Assembly (NCBI GenBank): GCA_052279835.1
Contig: CP181291.1
Coordinates: 5,664,001 to 5,728,000, forward strand
Direction of reading: 5' to 3'
DNA: 64,000 nucleotides
Source of the DNA: Microcoleus sp.
GTDB lineage: Bacteria > Cyanobacteriota > Cyanobacteriia > Cyanobacteriales > Microcoleaceae
The notes beneath the pieces are model-generated. The model saw nothing but the letters and a program-made list of their open reading frames with translations, did not search any database and was not told the origin of the DNA. Positions 56,246-64,000 of this stretch are shown here, one piece after another (position 1 is the first letter of the stretch; each line of letters begins with the position of its first letter). The position numbers and the translations under genes are program-made.

Positions 56246-57550
56246 TTACAAATTTTCCGATCGCCCAATTCGCTTTTGCCACTCCGCATCTATCTTCGCT
56301 GACTGTTCTAATTCTTGGGCTGTTAATTCGGTTTCTGTGGTATAAGCTAAATCTTGTCCATTCAAAATGTTTTCTGCTGCAAATTCGCGGGTATAGGCAA
56401 GTTTTTTTTGTAAGTTAGCATCGGGTTGATTTAATAACATTGCTCGCTGCTGCCGCTCTTGATTGCGGGCTGCGATGCTGGTATTTTTCCGCTGAACCCA
56501 GAAGTAGCGAATTAGGGGAATTGTCAGAAATCCGACACCGTAAATCAGCAGCATTGGATAGATAGTGGCGACTAAACCGACCAATCCACCGCCGATCGCA
56601 CTTTTAGCTAATAAACTCCCTAAAACTAATGCACCTACTAGATTCACCGCTCCCAAGCCTGCTGCGAGCATGATTTGTCCAGAACTAGCGTGGCTGAAAC
56701 GCCACAGTATTTCTCGCAAATAAGCCGGCACTGGTTCAGCATTTCTCTCGGCTGCTGTGGTTTGCAATTGGGGGAAATGGTACACTATTTGTCCTTCGGG
56801 ACTGACTTCGGGACGACCGTCAAAACGACTTAGGGTTGGTAACATATATTCTTCGTATTCTAAGGCGTATCCCTTTGGGAGGTTGTCGAGATAGGGAGCG
56901 ATTTGTTCGGCGACGATGGCACCTTGGTTGTTGCGAATAGTGGCGGCAATAGTGCTCCACTTGCGTTCTTCTAAATTGTAATTGGGATTCCCGTCTCCAA
57001 ATAGAAAGGAGAAAACTGATTCTAGAAAACTCATCTCGGGTTTTTGGCTGGTTAAGCGCGATCGCCTTTGGTAGTAAGGTTCGTCTTGATTCCAGTAAAA
57101 TAGCCAGATTAAGTCGTTCGAGAAGTAAGGAAAGAAGAAAAAGCCGCCACCTCTGTCGTCCCCTGAGCCTCCACCTCCGTTATTGTTGTCGCTAAGGCTG
57201 GAGAGTAAAATGGCGATCGCCACAAATATTAATATTAGGGACGCTACTAAAACAATGCCAAAAGATATCCGAATCAAGTAAAATAGGATACGCCAAATTT
57301 TTTGCCACCATTCTTGCAACTGCAACCGTAAAAATTTGTTGCGTAAAATATCTTGAAAGTTTTTGGGAAATAGGTAAGCAATATCGCCGGATTCTGCTAC
57401 TTGCAGGTGACCACCTGCTTCCGAGGCTAGGGTTAAGAGTTCTCGTTCGGCAAAATTGACATCTAGTCCAGCTTTTGCCGCCACGTCTCCAACCGTAACG
57501 CGGTAGCCAAGTTCTGTGACGGCTTGCATAACCTTGGGATTTGGGGCCAT
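56246..57550 (-). CDS. Conserved cyanobacterial/plastid membrane protein (At5g03900-like)
   Basis: RVTVGDVAAKAGL, SFLESVFSFLFGDGNPN, FDGRPEVSPEGQIVYHFP. Confidence 0.75.
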   Translation of the reverse strand: MAPNPKVMQAVTELGYRVTVGDVAAKAGLDVNFAERELLTLASEAGGHLQVAESGDIAYLFPKNFQDILRNKFLRLQLQEWWQKIWRILFYLIRISFGIVLVASLILIFVAIAILLSSLSDNNNGGGGSGDDRGGGFFFFPYFSNDLIWLFYWNQDEPYYQRRSRLTSQKPEMSFLESVFSFLFGDGNPNYNLEERKWSTIAATIRNNQGAIVAEQIAPYLDNLPKGYALEYEEYMLPTLSRFDGRPEVSPEGQIVYHFPQLQTTAAERNAEPVPAYLREILWRFSHASSGQIMLAAGLGAVNLVGALVLGSLLAKSAIGGGLVGLVATIYPMLLIYGVGFLTIPLIRYFWVQRKNTSIAARNQERQQRAMLLNQPDANLQKKLAYTREFAAENILNGQDLAYTTETELTAQELEQSAKIDAEWQKRIGRSENL

Positions 57551-57953
57551 GTCTTTCTCTTTGTGAAAATTACCCGGTTATTTTCAATTATAGGTTGCCA
57601 GCCTTCAAGCTGGTTTATACCAGCAGAATTCAGGCTGTTTGGAGGCTGACCTTGACTTTGGTGCAAAATGTTGGTAGTGTTTGGGCGCATGAGTTTTGAG
57701 TAGTATCAAACATTAGTTGAACCTAGAAAAGTTAATAAAAGTTTAAATAAGTCTAAAAAATAGGTTTTTTGCAATTTTTGCAAGAGTTATTTAAAATAGA
57801 TAGGACTTCCCCGTGTTTTCAGGTTTACAGTTGAGTCTCAAAAGTCTTTTGAGACTCATCGGTGCTAATATAAACCAAAATAGTGCCACAACTCTTAATA
57901 GGAAAACTTTACCGACTAATTTATAGGATTAGTCATCAACCAAAGAATCACAT

Positions 57954-58475
57954 ATGCCAAGAACTCAACGCAACGATAACTTTATTGACAAAAGTTTCAC
58001 GGTAATGGCTGATATCATTCTCAAGATTATGCCAGCCAAGAAGCAGGCGAAGGAAGCTTTTGCTTATTACCGAGATGGTATGTCGGCTCAATCTGATGGC
58101 GAATACGCTGAAGCTCTGGACAATTATCAGGAAGCGCTGAAGCTGGAAGAAGATCCTTACGATCGCAGTTATGTTTTGTACAATATGGGGCTGATCCATA
58201 CCAGCAACGGCGAACACGACAAAGCTTTGGAGTATTACAGCAAAGCTCTAGAACTCAATCCCAGAATGCCACAAGCCCTAAATAATATTGCTGTGATTTA
58301 TCACTACCAAGGGGAAAAAGAAAAGGAAGCTGGGAATCTGGAAGCGGCGGAAGGGCTGTTTGATAAAGCTGCCGATTATTGGAAGGAGGCGATTCGCTTA
58401 GCACCGAACAATTACATTGAAGTGCAAAATTGGCTGAAAATCACAGGTCGATCGCAGATTGATGTGTATTTTTAA
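57954..58475 (+). CDS. ycf3: Photosystem I assembly protein Ycf3
   Basis: [25 protein letters not shown], TPRs, NYIEVQNWL. Confidence 0.98.
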   Translation: MPRTQRNDNFIDKSFTVMADIILKIMPAKKQAKEAFAYYRDGMSAQSDGEYAEALDNYQEALKLEEDPYDRSYVLYNMGLIHTSNGEHDKALEYYSKALELNPRMPQALNNIAVIYHYQGEKEKEAGNLEAAEGLFDKAADYWKEAIRLAPNNYIEVQNWLKITGRSQIDVYF

Positions 58476-58480
58476 CTATG

Positions 58481-58620
58481 ATGGGAATGGGGAATGGGCA
58501 TCGGGCATTGGTAATTGCTAATAGTTAGTAGTTAGTAATTTTGCTAATAACAACAAATAATCAATGCCCTATGCCCTATGCCCTATGCCCTATGACCAAT
58601 TCCCAATTCCCAATTCCCAA
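58481..58620. repeat. Heptamer STRR tracts: (ATGCCCT)x4, (ATTCCCA)x3, plus complementary copies
   Basis: 58564-58620 and the complementary tract at 58481-58511. Confidence 0.8.
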
Positions 58621-58625
58621 ATTTT

Positions 58626-58907
58626 ATGATTGATAAAGAAGAAGTTCGGAAAGTAGCAAAGTTAGCGAGATTGGAGTTAACTCCTGAAGAAGAGGAGCAG
58701 TTTACTGGTCAACTGAACGGCATTTTGGATTATTTCGAGCAGTTGAGCGAACTGGATACAAGTAAGGTAAAGCCGACAGCACGGGCGATCGATGTTAGTA
58801 ATGTAATGCGATCGGACGATTTGCAACCTTTTGCCGATCGCGAAAATATCTTGGCTGCATCTCCCGATCGCGATGGCGAGTTTTTCAAAGTACCTAAGAT
58901 TATGTAG
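58626..58907 (+). CDS. gatC: Asp-tRNA(Asn)/Glu-tRNA(Gln) amidotransferase subunit C
   Basis: EVRKVAKLARL, ILDYFEQL, FFKVPKI. Confidence 0.96.
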   Translation: MIDKEEVRKVAKLARLELTPEEEEQFTGQLNGILDYFEQLSELDTSKVKPTARAIDVSNVMRSDDLQPFADRENILAASPDRDGEFFKVPKIM

Positions 58908-59070
58908 GGCTTACAATTCCAAAACAGAAACCGGGTTTTTGCGACAATACTTGATTGCAGCCCAAAAACTCCGAAAAAACCCGGTTTCTCAACCTCACCC
59001 AAAGCCTCAACCAAAATTCCCCCATCTCAGCTATAATCAAAACCATCCTCTTCATCCCCACAAACCCGCC

Positions 59071-60627
59071 ATGAGGCACTGGCAGCCCGGACAACAAATC
59101 CACAACGGCAAATACATCATCGAAGCCATCCTCGGCGGCGGTGGATTCGGTGTCACCTACCGCGCCCAAAATCCCAAAGAAGGCAAAGTAGTCGCCATCA
59201 AAACCCTAAATGCCAACGTTCAAGGTAAACCAAACTTTCGCGAATACCAAACCAAATTTGTCAACGAAGCTTTATCCTTAGCCCGATGCAGTCATCCCCA
59301 CGTCGTCCAAGTTTACGAAGTGTTTCCCGAAATGGCAGGAAATATCGAATTGTGGTGCATGGTGATGGAATTAATCGACGGCACTAATTTAGTAGAATAT
59401 CTCGAAGATAACGGCATTTTGTCGGAATCGAAAGCTTTGCCAATTATTCAACAAGTCGGAAGTGCCCTGAGTTTTGTGCACCAGCAGGGACTTACTCATC
59501 TGGATGTTAAACCGCAAAATATTATGTTAAGAACCCCCCCCAGCCCCCCCTTGGTAAGGGGGGGAGTAAGAGAAAATTTCCCCTTCTCTTCTCCCCCCCT
59601 TAATAAGGGGGGCCAGGGGGGTTCTTATCCCCCCCTTAATAAGGGGGGCCAGGGGGGTTCTTCTTTTGCTAAGGGGGGCCAGGGGGGTGCAGTTTTGATT
59701 GATTTTGGCTTGGCGCGACAGGTGACAGCGCCGGGAAAATTGCGGACAAATAGCAATTCCGGGACTGAGTGTTACGCACCTATTGAATTATTAGAAAAAC
59801 GCGCCGAACTTGGTGCTTATACAGATGTTTATTCCCTAGCAGCAACGCTTTATGTCATGTTGACTGGTGAGTTGCCGTTTCCGTCGCAATTCAGGAAGCA
59901 AAATATTCCTTTAACTCCGCCAAAGCAATTCAATTCTGAGATTAGCGACAGGGTGAATGCGGCGATTGTGAAAGGGATGGAGTTAGAGCCGCAAAATCGC
60001 CCGCAGTCGGTGCAGGAATGGTTGGACTTGCTGATACCTAAAAAAGCGACTTTGGATTTAGGAATGCCTAAAAAAGCGGAGACAGTGCAATTTAATTTGT
60101 TAGATTTAGTAATACCAAACCCAGTGCCTCCTGAGACTACGCGGGTGATTTCAGCCGTGGGGATGGATTATATAAACTTGCGTAATTTATTGGTGGCCAA
60201 AAAGTGGAAGGAAGCCGATGAGGAAACGGCGAGAGTGATGGTGAAGGTGGCGGGTAGGGACAAAGAAGGATGGTTGGATACAGAAAGTATTCAAAAATTC
60301 CCCTGCGAGGACTTGCGTACTATTGACCAACTTTGGGTAAAATACAGCAATGGGCGCTTTGGCTTTAGCGTGCAGAAGCGCATCTATCAAAGTCTGGGGG
60401 GAACCAGGGAATATGATGAGAAAGTATGGGAAGCTTTTGGTGACAAGGTAGGCTGGAGAAAAAAGAACGAATGGGTGTACTACAACGACCTCACTTTTTC
60501 AGAGAAAGCGGTGGAAGCTCACCTCCCTGTCGGGTGTCATGGGTGGTTGCCGGGTGACGGGGGGTTGTTTAGGGGGTTGTGGTGTTGGCGGGTGGTGTGC
60601 TTTCTTCTCTCGCGTCGAGACTTGTAG
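59071..60627 (+). CDS. Ser/Thr protein kinase with C-terminal GUN4-like domain
   Basis: LGGGGFG, VAIK, HLDVKPQN, IDFG; GUN4 motifs KWKEADEET, FPCEDLRTIDQLWVKYSNGRFGFSVQK, HLP; ATG at 59071. Confidence 0.93.
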   Translation: MRHWQPGQQIHNGKYIIEAILGGGGFGVTYRAQNPKEGKVVAIKTLNANVQGKPNFREYQTKFVNEALSLARCSHPHVVQVYEVFPEMAGNIELWCMVMELIDGTNLVEYLEDNGILSESKALPIIQQVGSALSFVHQQGLTHLDVKPQNIMLRTPPSPPLVRGGVRENFPFSSPPLNKGGQGGSYPPLNKGGQGGSSFAKGGQGGAVLIDFGLARQVTAPGKLRTNSNSGTECYAPIELLEKRAELGAYTDVYSLAATLYVMLTGELPFPSQFRKQNIPLTPPKQFNSEISDRVNAAIVKGMELEPQNRPQSVQEWLDLLIPKKATLDLGMPKKAETVQFNLLDLVIPNPVPPETTRVISAVGMDYINLRNLLVAKKWKEADEETARVMVKVAGRDKEGWLDTESIQKFPCEDLRTIDQLWVKYSNGRFGFSVQKRIYQSLGGTREYDEKVWEAFGDKVGWRKKNEWVYYNDLTFSEKAVEAHLPVGCHGWLPGDGGLFRGLWCWRVVCFLLSRRDL

Positions 60628-60903
60628 ACTGTAACATCTAAGCGTTTCAGGATTTCATAAAGATTTACAACAAAGCCCAAAAGCACGAAGCCATGCCCTG
60701 TCTACCTTTCCGACGGGGTTGTCGGGACATAACGAGCAAATAATCAAAGTAAAATCAATCTCAGAAACCGGGTTTCTGCGATAATTTATGTATCATCATC
60801 CAGATTCAGGAAGAAACCCGGTTTCTACCTCCCCACTAATAGCTTCCAAACTCCATAACGCAAGAAACAAAATTTGTAGTTTGCATCAACAACAAATACC
60901 AAA

Positions 60904-61070
60904 CAACCAACAATAAAACTCAAACAACTCTTACTCCCCCCCTTACCAAGGGGGGGCTGGGGGGGGTTAAAATATCAGCAACCAACAATAAAACTCAAAC
61001 AACTCTTACTCCCCCCCTTACCAAGGGGGGGCTGGGGGGGGTTAAAATACTCAGCAACCCACAATAAAAT
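60904..61070. repeat. ~75-bp tandem units with a CCCCCCCTTACCAAGGGGGGGCTGGGGGGGG hairpin, upstream of the DUF559 gene
   Basis: Unit starts at 60904 and 60979, partial unit at 61055. Confidence 0.9.
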
Positions 61071-61081
61071 CCCACACAACA

Positions 61082-61483
61082 ATGACAAAACTCTACAACA
61101 GAAGCTCCGAAAAATTCAAACGCCAGAAGCTTCGCAGAGAAATGACACCAGCGGAAAAGGATTTATGGGAAAAGATCAGAAACAGACAGCTTGAAAATTG
61201 TAAATTTCGCCGACAATACAGTGTAGCAGCATTTGCGATCGACTTTTATTCACCAGAAATCAAGTTGGCACTGGAAGTTGATGGTGACAGCCATTTTGTG
61301 GAGGGCGCTGTAGAATATGATGCGGAAAGGCAAGAGTTTATTGAGTCGGCAAGGATTAATTTTTTGAGGTTTACTAATGAGGATGTTTATCATAATTTAG
61401 ATGGGGTTTTGGAGGTGATTGTGGAGGGGATTAAATCGTTGAGAACATCGGGTGTTTTACCCCCCCCAGCCCCCCCTTGGTAA
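61082..61483 (+). CDS. DUF559 (Vsr-like) endonuclease domain protein
   Basis: LRREMTPAEKDLW, KFRRQ, IDFY...EVDGDSH, LRFTN. Confidence 0.93.
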   Translation: MTKLYNRSSEKFKRQKLRREMTPAEKDLWEKIRNRQLENCKFRRQYSVAAFAIDFYSPEIKLALEVDGDSHFVEGAVEYDAERQEFIESARINFLRFTNEDVYHNLDGVLEVIVEGIKSLRTSGVLPPPAPPW

Positions 61484-61730
61484 GGGGGGGAGCAAGAGTT
61501 GGCCCCGAACTTTGGGTGGGGGAAGAGTTGGAAATGTAGATGAGATTTAATCGTTTATTGCATCAATTCTTTTACCCCCCCCAGCCCCCCCTTACTAAGG
61601 GGGGGAGCAAGAGTTGGCCCCGAGGTTCGGGTGGGAGTAAGAGTTGGAAATGTAGATGAGATTTAATCGTTTATTGCATCTACTCTTTTACCCCCCCCCC
61701 AGCCCCCCCTTGCTAAGGGGGGGAGCAAGA
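61455..61730. repeat. ~115-bp tandem units with CCCCCCCCAGCCCCCCCTT-nnT-AAGGGGGGGAG, inverted relative to the upstream array
   Basis: Unit starts at 61455, 61570 and 61686. Confidence 0.9.
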
Positions 61731-61812
61731 AGTTAGCTGTTTGTTAAGGGTGGGAGTAAGAGTTTCGAGCGTCCAAAATCCTAAATTGAATAATCCAAAA
61801 TCTATAATTTAT

Positions 61813-63174
61813 ATGAGTTCAAAAGTTACTCTCACCGTCACCGCAGGTAATCTCAAAGGCAAAGAATTCACCTTTGATACCCGCACTACTTGTATTATTG
61901 GCCGCGCGAAAGATTGCTATCCCAATATTCCCGATGATGACAAACACCGCACCATCTCCCGCTATCACTGTTTGCTAGATATCAATCCTCCTGATATCCG
62001 GGTGCGCGATTTTGGTAGCAAGAATGGTACTTTTGTAAATGGCCAGAAAATTGGTCAGCGAGAAGCTCATCAATCTCCTGAAGAGGCGGCTCAAATTCAG
62101 TTTCCAGAGTATGATTTGAGAGAGGGAGATGAATTTACACTCAGCGATACTTCTTTTCGTGTTGCGGTTGCCCTTGACCCGGAAAATGCCAAAACAGCCC
62201 AACAACAAAAACCCGCTTCTATTCCCTCAAATCAAGAGAATCTGTGGGAAATGCTGAAAGCTTTTCTGTTCAAAGCTGTGGGCGGTCAAAATAATATCGG
62301 AGTTCTGGGTGATTATGTTTTGCTGAAGGAGTTGGGTAAGGGTGGTTTTAGTTTGGTTTATTTGGCGCGACACAAACTAACTAATCAAGAAGTGGCGCTG
62401 AAAGTGATGTTACCAAAGGTGGCGGCGAATCAGCGGGCTGTGAATTGGTTTTTGCGAGAAGTTGATAATACTAAATGTTTGAAGCATCCGAATGTGGTGG
62501 GATTTAAAGAGTCGGGTTATGCTGATGACACTTTCTTTTTTACGATGGAATACTGCGAGGGTGGCAGTGTTGTGGATTTGATGGCAAAACGCGGTGTTAG
62601 CACTTTGCCGATCGCCGAATCTATAAGTATTATTACACAAGTGTTAGATGGTTTGACTTACACTCATAATGCGGAGATTCCCAATGTCAGATTGGCTGAT
62701 GGTAGTTTTGCGAAAGGACGGGGTTTGATTCACCGGGATTTGAAGCCGGGGAATATTTTTCTGGCGAATGTGGGTGGGAAACAAGTTGCTAAGATTGGAG
62801 ATTATGGGCTAGCAAAGGCTTTCGATCAGGCGGGTTTAAGTGGCTTAACTTTGAGTGGTAATGCTGTTGGTACGCCGTATTTTATGCCGCGACAGCAAGT
62901 GCTTGATTATAAGTATGCTAAGCCGGAGGTTGATGTTTGGGCGGCGGCGGCTTGTTTGTATGTGATGATTACGGGATATGCGCCTCGCAATTTTGTGGGA
63001 TTAGACCCGTTTCTTGCTGTGTTGGGTAATGATGTGGTGCCGATTCGCGATCGCACTTCATCCATCCCTCAACCGCTAGCCACCGTAATCGATCGCGCTT
63101 TAATCGATAATCCTGAAATTCATTACAAAAATGCAGCAGAATTTAAGCAAGCTCTATTAGACACTATATCATAA
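61813..63174 (+). CDS. FHA domain Ser/Thr protein kinase
   Basis: FHA (IIGR, ISRYH, SKNGTFVNG); kinase LGKGGFS, HRDLKPGN, DYG, GTPYFM. Confidence 0.93.
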   Translation: MSSKVTLTVTAGNLKGKEFTFDTRTTCIIGRAKDCYPNIPDDDKHRTISRYHCLLDINPPDIRVRDFGSKNGTFVNGQKIGQREAHQSPEEAAQIQFPEYDLREGDEFTLSDTSFRVAVALDPENAKTAQQQKPASIPSNQENLWEMLKAFLFKAVGGQNNIGVLGDYVLLKELGKGGFSLVYLARHKLTNQEVALKVMLPKVAANQRAVNWFLREVDNTKCLKHPNVVGFKESGYADDTFFFTMEYCEGGSVVDLMAKRGVSTLPIAESISIITQVLDGLTYTHNAEIPNVRLADGSFAKGRGLIHRDLKPGNIFLANVGGKQVAKIGDYGLAKAFDQAGLSGLTLSGNAVGTPYFMPRQQVLDYKYAKPEVDVWAAAACLYVMITGYAPRNFVGLDPFLAVLGNDVVPIRDRTSSIPQPLATVIDRALIDNPEIHYKNAAEFKQALLDTIS

Positions 63175-63280
63175 ATTACTGATAATAATCCTCCCGATGT
63201 CAGTATTGTTAGCAATCGATAATTTGAAAAACCGTGGGTTCAACACTTAGTTCAAACCCAGGCTATGGCATTACAAACGA

Positions 63281-64000
63281 TTAAATTCTCACCGCAAAAG
63301 ATGCTGCTAATTCCCGTTCTGGTTCCATACCAACGGTAGGCGGCATTGAACGATTCGCTACCTGCTCAATTAGTCGTAAATGTTGCGGCAACATTTTAGC
63401 TAAACTATATCGTTCTAATGCTGTTTGACGAGCCCTGACGCGAACTTCTGCCATGCGGGTAGGATGGTCTAAAACTTCATCAATGCGATCGGCTACTTGT
63501 TTCGGCGAGAAGTAATCGACTAACAAACCGTTTTCTCCATCCCGAATCACTTCTCGGACTGGCCCGGTGTCGGAACCGATGACTAAACATCCCGTTGATA
63601 GAGATTCAATCATTGACCAAGATAGCACAAAAGGTCTGGTTAAATAAACGTGTACATCTGATGCTTGAATGACTTTTAAGTACAGTCCGTAAGGTAGCGG
63701 TCCGACAAAGTGAACTCGCGACAAATCTAGGGGTACTTTTTTGAGCATATAGTCTTTGTAAGACTCGCCATTAGGTAAAGAACGCCCATAACAAACTCTG
63801 TCGGAACCAACAACTACGACGTGACAATTGGGGCGGCGTTCTTGTACATAGGCGATGGATTCAATAAACTCTGGAAATCCTCGGTAAGGTTCCATTCCTC
63901 GCGATACATAGGTGACAATTTCATCAACGCCGGACAAATCTAAGTTAGGCAAAACCAGTTTAGCACCGGGGTCTGGTTTGAAGTAGTCTGTATCTACGCC
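63281..64000 (-). CDS. Glycosyltransferase family 4 protein, C-terminal part (5' end outside window)
   Basis: RGMEPYRGF, HVYLTRPFVLSWSMIE, VIGSDTGPVREVI; frame continues to the window edge. Confidence 0.9.
   Translation of the reverse strand, partial: GVDTDYFKPDPGAKLVLPNLDLSGVDEIVTYVSRGMEPYRGFPEFIESIAYVQERRPNCHVVVVGSDRVCYGRSLPNGESYKDYMLKKVPLDLSRVHFVGPLPYGLYLKVIQASDVHVYLTRPFVLSWSMIESLSTGCLVIGSDTGPVREVIRDGENGLLVDYFSPKQVADRIDEVLDHPTRMAEVRVRARQTALERYSLAKMLPQHLRLIEQVANRSMPPTVGMEPERELAASFAVRI

Noticed and set aside
58831..59070. N-terminal extension of the kinase-GUN4 ORF
   Set aside because: It overlaps gatC and runs through AGAAACCGGGTTT repeats; ATG 59071 directly precedes the kinase domain.
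59071..63174. Complete DGR cassette in the window
   Set aside because: No reverse transcriptase, Avd-like gene or template repeat was found; only a candidate target region is reported.

Overview
A chromosomal segment of a filamentous cyanobacterium. The HIP1 octamer GCGATCGC is abundant, and the gene set and dispersed-repeat families fit a Microcoleus/Oscillatoriales-type genome (my inference). Most of the window is housekeeping and photosynthesis genes: mnmG, psbB-psbT-nrdR-rpsA, tRNA-Phe, trpG/dgkA/ybeY, trpE, psaD, a hik2-like kinase, thrS, hom, petH, prk, valS, crtB-pds, rnz, ycf3 and gatC. It also holds signalling kinases, an McrBC-like pair and many REP/MITE-like palindromes. Four signals stand out. 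(1) A DUF3800 gene is faced by a 63-bp x ~3 array with its own near-consensus promoter; each unit can fold into a two-hairpin junction with a kissing loop, making it a candidate RNA-antitoxin (type III TA-like) system. (2) A kinase-GUN4 gene has a 3' end of 96 nt almost free of adenine, ending in a cassette that stops in all three frames at 7-nt spacing, which suggests a hypervariable, DGR-like target. (3) A GxxExxY nuclease gene sits between the inverted arms of a ~171-bp x 5.6 array. (4) A DUF559 nuclease gene is bracketed by inverted poly-C/G hairpin arrays, and the same motif occurs in frame inside valS and a kinase. All calls come from reading the sequence; no searches were run.
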